Assembly: GCA_023150835.1 (NCBI GenBank) | Contig: JAKLKB010000031.1 | Location: 1-55,665 of the forward strand | Direction: 5' to 3' | From: Myxococcota bacterium | GTDB lineage: Bacteria > Myxococcota_C > UBA6777 | Length of the DNA: 55,665 nt | Shown: positions 9,488-19,071 of the stretch, piece by piece | Layout: each line of letters begins with the position of its first letter | Numbering within the stretch: the stretch's first letter is position 1 | Translations under genes and position numbers: made by a program | The notes under the pieces: model-generated | The model's input: the letters and a program-made list of their open reading frames with translations, nothing else | Databases searched by the model: none | Told to the model about the DNA's origin: nothing

Positions 9488-11314
9488 TCAAGAAGACTTT
9501 TTCTTTTTTGGACGTTGTGAAGGTGTGGAAGGGGCGGAGGTGTGGGTGTTGGGGGGGCTTGATTTGGGGGCGTGGGTTTTGGAGGTTTGGGGATCGGCGG
9601 ATCGGCGGCCACCGTGAGGGGGGCTGCTGCGCGGGCCGCGAGGAGTGGCTTTGCGGGGAGCGGTGCGTGCGGTGCGGCCTTGATCGCTCGGTTTTCGGGC
9701 GCGAGAGAGGCCGCGATCACTTTCGCGGAGGTCATCTTTGGACAAGGATAAGTCGCGAGAGTCGAGGACATGAAGAGAATCGAGATGTTTTTGCAAGACA
9801 GCGCGCACCAATTCGAGCGCCTCTTCGGGGGGGATGGATTCGAGAAGTTTGTCGGTGATCCGTCGAACATTGCGATGCGCAGGGGTTTCAGCAAACTGCA
9901 TCAGCTCGGAGAGATGGCGTTGTGCGATGTTGGTGAGGATCTCGTGTTGCGAAGGCAGTTCGAGGTGCTTGAGGGGCAGTTCAAGGGCCTTCATGTGTGC
10001 GCGATAGCGATAAAAGGTTTGGGGTGTCACCAAGGTCCATGCGCGGCCATCTTCACCAGCGCGCCCAGTTCGACCGATGCGATGGGTGTAGCTTTCGAGA
10101 TCGGGAGGCACGTCGAAATTCAAGACCAGCGGCAGGGCTTGGATATCGATCCCACGGGCCGCGACGTTGGTAGCGACGAGGTACTGGAGACTGCTGCTGT
10201 GAAAGCGTTTGAGGGTATCTTCGCGGGCTTCTTGGCTGAGATCACCGCTGAGGGGGGCGGCATTAAAGCCGCGAGATTCGAGGGCGCTGGCGACTTCGCG
10301 ACATTCTTCGCGGGTGGCGCAAAACAGCATCGCTTGTTTTGGGGCATGAAAGAGCAACAGGTTGATCAAAGCGCCCAAGCGTTGGTCATTTTTGACGAGA
10401 AGGCAAGCATGTTCGATATTGGGGGGGGTGGCGTCTTCGGCGGAGAGATCGAGGCGTACGGGTTGACGCAACATCTTTTCGGTGACGCGGATCATCTGTT
10501 TGTCGATGGTGGCCGAAAAGAACAAGACTTGGATCTCGGTAGGAAGGGCATCTTTGACGACGTTTAATTCTTCTGCAAAGCCGATATCAAGCATCTGATC
10601 GACTTCATCCAACACAAAGCATTGGATCTGCTTGAGTTGCAGAGAATTTTGGCGGATCAGATCGGCGATCCGTCCCGGGGTTCCGACGACGATATCGACG
10701 CCATCGCGCAAAGTCTTTTTTTGGCGTGCGTACGAAGATCCACCGATAATCGAGAGGCAGCGCAAGCCAAGCGTTGCGAGAGTGGTCGAAAAGACGGCCT
10801 CGACTTGGTTGGCAAGTTCACGAGTGGGGGCCAAGACCAAAGCGCGGGGTTGTCCGTCACGAGAAGGGCCGCCGAGCTTCAAGCCGATGGGAAGGGCAAA
10901 AGCAAGCGTTTTGCCTGAGCCTGTTTGGGCTTGCACCAAGACATCACGCCCATCCATCGCGGGGCCGATGGCAGCCTTTTGAACGGGCGTGGGTGTGGTG
11001 ATGCCTTGTTCTTGAAGAACGCGCTGGATGGACGCAGGCAAAAAAGAAAAGTCTGTATAAGAAGGGACCGCTCCCTCTGTGGAGGTGCTTTGTTCTGGCT
11101 GCACTGCGGGAGAAGCCGAAGGATTCGGTTGGATCGCAAAAGAGGCCGAAGTCTTGGGTGGCGCGGCGACAGGGAGGGTCGCGGAGGCGTTGGATTCGAC
11201 AACGCGGGCAGTTTTTTTCGATGGCATGGGATCTTTCGTTGACACATTCTGAAGGGGTTGAGGAACCGAGAGGCGTACGGTTCTCTTTTCGGAAGAGAGA
11301 TCGATGGGGTTCAT
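9488..11314 (-). CDS. DEAD-box ATP-dependent RNA helicase with low-complexity N- and C-terminal tails
   Basis: Q motif (PTPVQ), AQTGSGKT, PTRELA, TPGR, DEVD, SAT, ARGID and HRIGRTGRAG. Confidence 0.95.
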   Translation of the reverse strand: MNPIDLSSEKRTVRLSVPQPLQNVSTKDPMPSKKTARVVESNASATLPVAAPPKTSASFAIQPNPSASPAVQPEQSTSTEGAVPSYTDFSFLPASIQRVLQEQGITTPTPVQKAAIGPAMDGRDVLVQAQTGSGKTLAFALPIGLKLGGPSRDGQPRALVLAPTRELANQVEAVFSTTLATLGLRCLSIIGGSSYARQKKTLRDGVDIVVGTPGRIADLIRQNSLQLKQIQCFVLDEVDQMLDIGFAEELNVVKDALPTEIQVLFFSATIDKQMIRVTEKMLRQPVRLDLSAEDATPPNIEHACLLVKNDQRLGALINLLLFHAPKQAMLFCATREECREVASALESRGFNAAPLSGDLSQEAREDTLKRFHSSSLQYLVATNVAARGIDIQALPLVLNFDVPPDLESYTHRIGRTGRAGEDGRAWTLVTPQTFYRYRAHMKALELPLKHLELPSQHEILTNIAQRHLSELMQFAETPAHRNVRRITDKLLESIPPEEALELVRAVLQKHLDSLHVLDSRDLSLSKDDLRESDRGLSRARKPSDQGRTARTAPRKATPRGPRSSPPHGGRRSADPQTSKTHAPKSSPPNTHTSAPSTPSQRPKKKKSS

Positions 11315-11670
11315 GTTTTTTTCTCGTCCCAAACGGCGGGCGCGAAGCCCGAGACGAAGGGTTGTAGGAGTTGGTGCGAAAAAAGGACACGCGGACGATC
11401 AGCGATATCCTTTTTGGCAGATGGGCGGGAAGAAAAGCAGCGGATCAACAGCAGGTGGGTCAGACTGGGTGGATCGTGCTTGAGCAGATCGCACGGTATG
11501 GACGGCCATACACAACGAAAACACTCGGGAACTCGCCTAAACGACGCGCACCTTATACCAAAGGCTGGCATTTATGCAAGCCCAAAGGTGTATTCTTTTG
11601 ATCGATGAGTGGCATACACCAAAACTAGGCAGCAGGAACCCGAAGGTTTTTATTTGGAATCGAGGAATTA

Positions 11671-11784
11671 TACGAAATCCACCCGTTGTGTTGCCGTAAA
11701 GATGTAGGGGCAGCCCCCCGTGGCTGCCCTAGAATAGGTCGTCTACGTACTATACCTTTGTGTACACATCACTCGGATATCGTA
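11671..11784 (+). mobile_element. MITE-A copy with TSD TTA, which is the stop codon of the adjacent minus-strand gene
   Basis: TTA|TACGAAATCC...GTAGGGGCAGCCCCCCGTGGCTGCCC...CGGATATCGTA|TTA. Confidence 0.88.
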
Positions 11785-12453
11785 TTACATGGACGAGCGA
11801 AACAGCAAAGCGGGGGGAGCGGCATCACGGGGAGAGGAAGTGCGCAGATGCCCCCACGTCGGGGCGTTGGGAAGAGTTGGCAGATCGCGACGGACGTACT
11901 TGGGCTGGGGAGGGCGATGCACAAACATCCAGATCGCACCGACGAGAACGAGGCCGACGCCGACGCCCGTCACGATCCAACCCACTGTGCCGAGCGTGAT
12001 GGCCTCGTCTTCGGCCTGTTTTACAGCCGATGCGGAAACGTCGGAAAATCCGTTGTTTTTGATATCTTCGTTGGCTTCTTTGATCTTGCGGTCGCGGTCG
12101 GTCATGCGACCCGCAGAGAGGGAGAAACACACCAAACCACCGATCACAACAGCCGCGCCCACACCTTCAAGAACCCATGCCCCGACGGGCCACTGCCCTC
12201 CCGGGATCTCTTCGTCTTTGTTCTGCTTTGAATCGCCTTGGCTTTGGGCCAGTCGCAAACGTCGGACGATCTCGTGGCCTTGTGCCTCTTTGGAGCCGTT
12301 TGATCTTGCGGCTCGTTCTGCTCGTTCGGTTTGATGGCTGTAAGCCTTGTTGTTTCCGAGGGTTTGAGCGGTAGGCTTTGCCCATGCCTCCGACGAACAC
12401 CACGCGATCAACGCGATCATCCACCCAACGATCATTCTCTTTTGCATCTGCAT
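11785..12453 (-). CDS. Hypothetical exported/membrane protein (signal peptide plus two Gly-rich hydrophobic segments)
   Basis: Signal-like MQMQKRMIVGWMIALIAWCSSEAWA after GGAGAG. Hydrophobic stretches GAWVLEGVGAAVVIGGLVCF and GWIVTGVGVGLVLVGAIW. Confidence 0.7.
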   Translation of the reverse strand: MQMQKRMIVGWMIALIAWCSSEAWAKPTAQTLGNNKAYSHQTERAERAARSNGSKEAQGHEIVRRLRLAQSQGDSKQNKDEEIPGGQWPVGAWVLEGVGAAVVIGGLVCFSLSAGRMTDRDRKIKEANEDIKNNGFSDVSASAVKQAEDEAITLGTVGWIVTGVGVGLVLVGAIWMFVHRPPQPKYVRRDLPTLPNAPTWGHLRTSSPRDAAPPALLFRSSM

Positions 12454-12508
12454 TCTCTCCGTCTCTACTCTAGGCTCTTGTGCTTTTGGATTTTTTCGGT
12501 GGCACGTT

Positions 12509-13141
12509 TCAGGGTTGAGGGGGTGCGCATTGTGGTGCGCAGATCGACATGGTTCCGAAGGTGCAGCACTGGGTGGTTTGTGGGCAGTCCGTGTTGGTCT
12601 TGCAAGGCGTACACAAACGAAGTGTTTGCCCACCAAACGGGAACGAGCCACACGTTTGGCCTGTGCAACAATCGCTGTCTTGAGTGCAAAAACCTTGTGC
12701 GGTGAGATTTCCCTTGCACTGTCCGACTTCTTGGATGGGTTCAGGCGTGGCTTCTTGGGTGGCTTCTGCGTTCGGTTCGGTAGGAGCGCCCTCTTGGGTG
12801 GTCTCGGTGGGTGCGACGTCTTGGGTGGTTTCAGTAGGTGTGCCTTCTTGGACAGTTTCAGCGTCCGCTGTTTTTTCTTGTGCAGCGGGTTCTTCGGGAG
12901 TGGTGGCTTCGGGCGTCGCTTCTTTTTCGGGGGTGGCTTCGACAGGCTTTCCACCGCAGATCCCATCTTGGCAAGCCAAACCATCCCAACAGTCCGCTGC
13001 TTTCGCGCAAGACAAGCCCTTCGAGCCGTTTAAGCCGCCATCCGTTTTTCCGTTCAGACTGGGTTCAACACACGCCCCACTCCACACGACTACCGCCCAC
13101 AACAACACCACCCAACCCATCCCATACCAAGGCTTGAACAT
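12509..13141 (-). CDS. Cys-rich putative lipoprotein with an acidic Pro/Thr/Glu linker
   Basis: Lipobox-like WSGAC after a hydrophobic core, CxxxxDC modules, and RBS AGGAG. Confidence 0.8.
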   Translation of the reverse strand: MFKPWYGMGWVVLLWAVVVWSGACVEPSLNGKTDGGLNGSKGLSCAKAADCWDGLACQDGICGGKPVEATPEKEATPEATTPEEPAAQEKTADAETVQEGTPTETTQDVAPTETTQEGAPTEPNAEATQEATPEPIQEVGQCKGNLTAQGFCTQDSDCCTGQTCGSFPFGGQTLRLCTPCKTNTDCPQTTQCCTFGTMSICAPQCAPPQP

Positions 13142-13515
13142 CAAACAAACTCCTCACAACCGATGCGATCACGCGCTTTTTTTTGCTTTCGAACGAAGCA
13201 TCGACCGACACAAAGCACCGAAGATCATCCAAAAGTTCCACCCGACAAGCCATCCTTGGCCGATCAAGCGCCGCCTAACATAGCCACCTCCCCCAAAAGC
13301 ACAAGGGCAGCTTTGTGTGGCCCAACTCCTACCACGACACGATCTCCCCATCCCGTCGCACATTCAGCAAGTATCCCACCTGTGCAACACTCTCTTTGCG
13401 ATCTCGCAACTTGCCTTTTGTGGAGTGCGCCAAAGCCCGCAACGGGCGCAATTCGGCGCTTTCGGTGGGCGACCTGTGGGGGAGAGGATGGGCAAAAGCC
13501 CGAGATGGCGTCGTG

Positions 13516-16179
13516 TTAGGGCCTGCGCCATACGCAACGAAAGCCGATGGCATCGTTTTGTGTGTCAGGCGAAGCGTGGCGCAGCGAAAAAGTCGTGATC
13601 TCTTGGCTGAGATTTTTCCATGACCCCCCCGCGATGTAGCGGGTGGCGCAGGTCAAGGACGCGCTTTCGGCGCAGTCGCGCAACCACTCCCAGACGTTGC
13701 CAGCAAGATCATACACCCCCTGCGGGCTTCGGCCTTGTGCGCGATGGCTCGATCCGACAGGCTGCGCCCCGCTGCCACATCCTCGATAATGCGCGTATGC
13801 ACAAGAAGGCGTCGCCTCACCCCAAGGAAAGCGTTGCATCCCGTCACCACGCGCTGCACGCGCCCACTCGATCCGCGATGGCAAGCGCTTTCTGGCCCAA
13901 TTGCAATACAGATCTGCATCTGCCCAACTGACATGGATCATCGGGTGGTTTTCGGGAAAGCTTTTCGAGACAGGAGTGTTGCGGAAAAAGCCCGTGTAGA
14001 CTTCTTTGCATACTTTTTCTTGCATACATCTTCGATACTGCCGAACGGTCACTTCAAAGCGATCCAGCCAAAAGCCATGCACACGGCGCACGGTTCGCCC
14101 CCATTGAATGGGGCCTTCGGGGATATAGGCCATTGGAGCGATCGCGAGGACATATCGGGGTGGGCGAGGCGGAGAAACAGGGAGGGCGGGAGGGCGCGGA
14201 GGATCGGGGGCTTTGTGTGCCACCCGAACAAGCCGCCGCCGTCGTCCAAATCGGCGCTTGCGCGGAGATCGAGTGACGGGGTCGGTGGATTGTGCTTCTT
14301 CGACGGAAAGCTCGGGATGATCGGGTTCATGGAGATCGCCTGCGTCATCGTTTTGGGCGGAAGGTTCTTGATGTGCGATAGGTTCGGCAGAAGAGAGGGG
14401 CGCTTCGACGGAAGAAGCCGATGGATGGGCAGGCAAAGAAGGCACAGGCGATCCGGCGTTGGGGGTGGGAGTGGAAACTGCGACAGGAGCGGGCGTTGGT
14501 GTAGGAGAGGCTGATGTTGCGAGGGCTTTGGGATGCTTTGGCGTCGAAGTGGCGGCTTTCTTTTGTGTGCTGCTGTAAAGCAACGCCACAGCAAGCGCGA
14601 TCAAGGCGAGACTTGCGAACAACATCAGCAAGGCAGGCCACGGCAGGCGCTTGGCGGGGGGTTTGCGCACAGGAAAGGAGATCACATCAAGCTGGGTTTG
14701 TGTGGGGTGCGCAGAGGGCGAGATCGCGGCAGCAGCTTGTCGATAGGCATCTAGCGACGAAGGAGCAGCAGGATACCCCCCGATTTGGGTGGGTTCTTGG
14801 GAGAGTGGGATATCCTCTTGTTCGGCGCGCAAGGCTTCATCGACAGCGCGCTCCAAGGCAGCGTCTTCTTCGGCTTGTGCGCGCTGTTTTGCAGAAGCGT
14901 TGGTGTGCCTTGGCGGTGGGGCATCGGAAGCACGCGGAGAAGCGACACCGGTGTTGTTGACGGGCGAAGAGGGAGAAGTCGAGGCAAGCATCGAAAGATC
15001 GCCGAGCAGTCCGGGGCGCTGGATGGTGGGAGAATAGAGATCTTCTTCTTGTCCCAAAGCGATATCGCCGATGGGGCGGCCCTGTTTGTGGTGCGATTCG
15101 GAAGCGCCGTCAACTGGGGTAAATTGATGCCCGTCGGTGGGTGTGCCGATGGGAGTCGAAGGATACGAAACGCCTGCGGGGTTGGGCATTCCTCTGTTGG
15201 AGGAAGGAGGACGCGAAAGGGTATTTTCGGGATCGATCATGGGCGGGCGAGGAAGAGTGGCGTAGCTTTGGCGTTTGGTCGAGGCTTGGGTGGCGGCGTT
15301 GTTGTGGTTGAATTGTGCGAGGGCTTCGTCAGAAAGGGCTTGTTCGATAGCGCGTTGAAAGGAGAGGCAGTCTGCAAAGCGTTGGGTGGGGGACTTGGAG
15401 AGGCTGCGCAAGACGATCTCTTCGAGGGCGGGCGGAAGATGCAGACCGAGCGAAGAAGGCGGTGGGGGGGGCAAGTGGATGTGCTTTTGCAGCAGTTCAT
15501 AAGCTCCTTGGCGCGTGCCGGGCGGCTCAAAGGGAGTGAAGCCACAGATGGCTTCGTAGAGAGAGATGCCGACGCTGTAGATATCGGTTTGGGGATTGGG
15601 TTCTTGGCCTTGGATCTGTTCGGGGGCCATATAGCAAGGCGACCCCAAGACCACGCCCACATCGGTCAATCGGGAGTCTGCACGCGCCATCGCGATCCCA
15701 AAGTCTGCGATCTTGACGAGCAGATCATCACGCACCAAGAGATTCGCAGGCTTCATATCCCGATGCACCACACCTTCGCGGTGCGCGTACCCAAGCCCCG
15801 CCAATATCTGCGAAAAGATCTCACGCAATACCGCAAGTGAAAAACACGGACGTTGCGAGATCGTGCGCAAGATCGACCCCAGATCCCTGCCGGGAACATA
15901 CTCCATCACAATGAAGTAATCGCCGTCTTCTTGCAAAACAGTACGGATACCCACGATGTTTTGATGAACCAACCGCGACTGCGTGCGGGCTTCGCGCAAA
16001 AATCGCTCAGGATCGATCAAGACGCCTTTTTTTCGTTTTTTGAGGTACTTGATCGCCACAGGGACATGCAGCAACAGATCCATCCCACGAAAGACGACCG
16101 AGGGTCCGCCTTCTCCCAAAAAAGCCTCGATCTGATAGACATCCTTGAGGACGCGCCCGATCAGTTCTTCGTGGCTCAC
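13516..16179 (-). CDS. Membrane Ser/Thr protein kinase with a C-terminal FGE-sulfatase (formylglycine-generating enzyme-like) domain
   Basis: Kinase motifs VAIK, HRDMKPAN, DFG and APE, then a TM helix, then EVTVRQY, VSWADA, RLPSRIEW, DLAGNVWEW, GGSW and GFRC. Confidence 0.92.
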   Translation of the reverse strand: MSHEELIGRVLKDVYQIEAFLGEGGPSVVFRGMDLLLHVPVAIKYLKKRKKGVLIDPERFLREARTQSRLVHQNIVGIRTVLQEDGDYFIVMEYVPGRDLGSILRTISQRPCFSLAVLREIFSQILAGLGYAHREGVVHRDMKPANLLVRDDLLVKIADFGIAMARADSRLTDVGVVLGSPCYMAPEQIQGQEPNPQTDIYSVGISLYEAICGFTPFEPPGTRQGAYELLQKHIHLPPPPPSSLGLHLPPALEEIVLRSLSKSPTQRFADCLSFQRAIEQALSDEALAQFNHNNAATQASTKRQSYATLPRPPMIDPENTLSRPPSSNRGMPNPAGVSYPSTPIGTPTDGHQFTPVDGASESHHKQGRPIGDIALGQEEDLYSPTIQRPGLLGDLSMLASTSPSSPVNNTGVASPRASDAPPPRHTNASAKQRAQAEEDAALERAVDEALRAEQEDIPLSQEPTQIGGYPAAPSSLDAYRQAAAAISPSAHPTQTQLDVISFPVRKPPAKRLPWPALLMLFASLALIALAVALLYSSTQKKAATSTPKHPKALATSASPTPTPAPVAVSTPTPNAGSPVPSLPAHPSASSVEAPLSSAEPIAHQEPSAQNDDAGDLHEPDHPELSVEEAQSTDPVTRSPRKRRFGRRRRLVRVAHKAPDPPRPPALPVSPPRPPRYVLAIAPMAYIPEGPIQWGRTVRRVHGFWLDRFEVTVRQYRRCMQEKVCKEVYTGFFRNTPVSKSFPENHPMIHVSWADADLYCNWARKRLPSRIEWARAARGDGMQRFPWGEATPSCAYAHYRGCGSGAQPVGSSHRAQGRSPQGVYDLAGNVWEWLRDCAESASLTCATRYIAGGSWKNLSQEITTFSLRHASPDTQNDAIGFRCVWRRP

Positions 16180-17432
16180 AACGCGCCTCCTTCTGTTGTG
16201 TGGCGTCCACGATGCCGCACCGACGCTTCTTCTGCTGTTGCGCAGCGTTCGCTTTCTCGTGCGAGTGCTTCTCGGGCCACCTCTTCCAACAGGCGCACAC
16301 CGAGATCAAAGGCTGCTTCGTCAAGCAAAAATCGCGAATTGTGGTGTGGGGCCGCTCCTGCGACAGAAGCGCCGCCCGCCCCTACAAAGAAAAAGCACCC
16401 CGGCACGATATCCAAAAAAGACGCGAAATCCTCACCCGCAAGCATCGGTCGTGTGCGCAAAGCGTCACGCTCCACCCAACGCAGCGCAACTTCCCGCACC
16501 AAGGCCGTTTCAGCTTCGTGATTCACGAGCGGCTGTTGCAGGCGAGAAAGGCGGATCTCTGCGCGACAACCCTGCGCAGCGACGCTGTGTGTCACCACTT
16601 CTTCTAACAAACGCGGGATCACTGCCCACGTCTCAGGTTCCAACGTGCGGATCGTCCCCACCAACCGAGCCGTACTCGGGATCACATTGAACGCATCGCC
16701 CGCTTGAAACTGCCCGATCGTCACAACCACAGGCGACATCGGATCGATCCGACGGCTAACCAAGGTCTGTAACTGCGTCACCAAATAAGCTCCCGCAACC
16801 AACGGATCCGCCGTATCATGCGGAGCCGCAGCGTGTCCTCCCCGACCATGTATCACGATCTCCAGATGATCGACCGAACCCATCGCAGGGCCTGTGGTCA
16901 CAGAAAGGCATCCCGTCGGCAAAAGCGACCAAAAGTGCAATCCATAGATCGCAAAAGGCCGTGTGTCGGCCAAAACGCCTTCCTTGATCATCTCGATCGC
17001 ACCACCCGCCCCTTCTTCTGCGGGTTGAAAGATCAGCCGAACTCTCCCATGCTTTGGGGGATCTGCGACCAGTCGACGCGCCACAGCCACCAATACCGAC
17101 GTGTGCGCATCGTGACCACACGCGTGCATTATCCCCTGATGCTTCGAGGCAAATTCTAACCCCGTTTCTTCTTGGATCGGCAGCGCGTCCATATCCGCTC
17201 GCAACGCCACCATCGGTCCAGACTCTCCGATATCTGCAACCACACCTGTTCGTGCAATACCTGTCCGTACCTTTAGCCCCAACGCTTGCAAGGCTTCTGC
17301 AACCACTCTTGCGGTGCGTTCTTCTTGCCACGAAAGCTCGGGATGAGCGTGAAGATCATGACGCATGGACAACAACAACGCTTGTTCTGCCTCGGGTAAT
17401 CGCCACCGTTCTGTCAACGCCGTCTCCTGCAT
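16176..17432 (-). CDS. M20D family amidohydrolase
   Basis: HAHPELSWQE, RADMDALP, MHACGHDAH, FQPAEE, GRGGHAA and GEDF. Its stop overlaps the kinase start (GTGA). Confidence 0.93.
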   Translation of the reverse strand: MQETALTERWRLPEAEQALLLSMRHDLHAHPELSWQEERTARVVAEALQALGLKVRTGIARTGVVADIGESGPMVALRADMDALPIQEETGLEFASKHQGIMHACGHDAHTSVLVAVARRLVADPPKHGRVRLIFQPAEEGAGGAIEMIKEGVLADTRPFAIYGLHFWSLLPTGCLSVTTGPAMGSVDHLEIVIHGRGGHAAAPHDTADPLVAGAYLVTQLQTLVSRRIDPMSPVVVTIGQFQAGDAFNVIPSTARLVGTIRTLEPETWAVIPRLLEEVVTHSVAAQGCRAEIRLSRLQQPLVNHEAETALVREVALRWVERDALRTRPMLAGEDFASFLDIVPGCFFFVGAGGASVAGAAPHHNSRFLLDEAAFDLGVRLLEEVAREALARESERCATAEEASVRHRGRHTTEGGAL

Positions 17433-17689
17433 CTGTGCGCTCCGCCTGATCCTCTTGACTCAACCTTTGTGTTTCTTTGCGTCTACGCCTTGCTCAAAGA
17501 CTCTATCTTCACCAAATCTATAAAGCCGTAAAGACGCTTGTGTGGAAACGCGCTTTTGTTTTTCTCACAAGCGTGCTTAAATCCCCATCTAGCGGCATGG
17601 ATGCGCTTTCTCTTTGTGCCGTTGGATCAAAACAAAAGGTACCCTCACCACCCGCGCATCGTTGCCCCCGCGATGCCGATAGGTCGATC

Positions 17690-18877
17690 ATGGTTGTCCG
17701 TATTCATGGCCTTGTGCGCGCACACAAAATCCTCCGATCACAACTCCAACACGGGATTCCTGTTCCTTCGCAATCTCAATTTCGCCAAGAAGTTCAACAA
17801 CTTCTTCGCAAAGTCGAAGATATCTGCTCTTCACACCGCATCACCCCCGATGATCTCCCTGCCCCTTCGCGTCAAGCCTACCAATCCCTCAAAACCATCG
17901 ATCTCCACAAACTTCCTTCGCCCTCGCAACATACACCGCTGCCTCCCCGCCCACTCCGCATCCCCGGCCTGCTTCACGTCGGACAACATCTCACCTCACG
18001 CATCTGGGAACAACTCGATCCGCTCGCCCTTTCAAGCGATGCACAACGACAACTTCGCCTTGAGATCGCCGCCCACGCCACACAGATCGAAACACTTTGC
18101 CAACAACAACAACAAACCCCCTCTGCACTCGAAGAACCCTCGCAACGTGTGTACGCATGGCTCTGCTTTCTCTCGCGCCAAGATCACTTCTCGGGCCTGC
18201 TCCAAGCCCTTTTGTGTGTACGAAAACGTGCCAAGAGCCTCCCACCCTTCCCCAAGCCCCTACGCATCGAGATCTTCCCGATGCAAGCCCTCTGGCGCAC
18301 ACGCATCTTTCACGACACGCTGCTGTTGCGCTGTAACCCCGGATTCCTCGACGCTGACGAATCTCTTTGGGATGCCATCCTTTGCTCGGCCTTTGCACAC
18401 GCAACCACCGAACAAAAACAGATCGTTCGCGCCTACGCTGATCACGAAGACTATCAAGATATCCAACTCACCCTCGAAGCCTTTTTGCCCCAACCTCCCG
18501 CCTCTACACGCGGACAACACCACAACCTCCGCGAAAGCTTTCTGCGCGTCAACCATGCCTTCTTTCAAAATCAACTCACCTCACCCCAACTTCGCTGGAG
18601 TCACCGCCCAACCTCTCGCATACTTGGGCATTATCTCTCTAGCCACGATCAAGTGATGATCTCCACTTCACTTGATCACCCCGATGTTCCGCGCTTTGTG
18701 TTTGATTTTGTGATGTTCCACGAACTCCTTCACAAAAAACACGGCACATCCTACCAACAAGGCCGACGCATCGTCCATTCCAACGACTTCCTCGCCGAAG
18801 AACGCACTTACCCGCGTTATCACGAAGCAGAATCCTTCCTCCGTTCTTGGGCTCGTGATCATCTGAGAGGCAAATGA
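17690..18877 (+). CDS. SprT-like/YgjP-like zinc metalloprotease-domain protein
   Basis: C-terminal F.RVN..FF, LGHY, FVMFHELLHKKHG...HSNDF (HExxH plus a third His). Confidence 0.75.
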   Translation: MVVRIHGLVRAHKILRSQLQHGIPVPSQSQFRQEVQQLLRKVEDICSSHRITPDDLPAPSRQAYQSLKTIDLHKLPSPSQHTPLPPRPLRIPGLLHVGQHLTSRIWEQLDPLALSSDAQRQLRLEIAAHATQIETLCQQQQQTPSALEEPSQRVYAWLCFLSRQDHFSGLLQALLCVRKRAKSLPPFPKPLRIEIFPMQALWRTRIFHDTLLLRCNPGFLDADESLWDAILCSAFAHATTEQKQIVRAYADHEDYQDIQLTLEAFLPQPPASTRGQHHNLRESFLRVNHAFFQNQLTSPQLRWSHRPTSRILGHYLSSHDQVMISTSLDHPDVPRFVFDFVMFHELLHKKHGTSYQQGRRIVHSNDFLAEERTYPRYHEAESFLRSWARDHLRGK

Positions 18878-18884
18878 TCACGCC

Positions 18885-19071
18885 CTATCTATCGAGCGGC
18901 GGCGCAGGAGTCGGTCGCAAGCGGGGAAGGTGCGCGGATTGTCGGTGTCGGGTCGTGTCTATCTATCGAGCGGCGGCGCAGGAGTCGGTCGCAAGGGGGA
19001 GTCCCAAAACCCCGTTTGGATCTTGAAACAACTGTTATCTATCGAGCGGCGGCGTGGGAGTCGGTCGCAAG
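18885..19071. repeat. Three 37-bp direct repeats separated by unrelated 37- and 39-bp spacers; the repeat equals the last codons and stop of the Sel1 gene
   Basis: CTATCTATCGAGCGGCGGCGCAGGAGTCGGTCGCAAG at 18885 and 18959 (identical) and at 19035 (3 mismatches). Confidence 0.9.

Noticed and set aside
11785-12984. 399-aa ORF as called in the track
   Set aside because: Its first half overlaps the lipoprotein gene in another frame. The start at 12453 has an RBS and a signal peptide.
18885-19071. Bona fide CRISPR array
   Set aside because: Only three repeats, one of them coding sequence, with no cas genes, AT-rich leader or typical repeat end. Reported as a CRISPR-like repeat instead.
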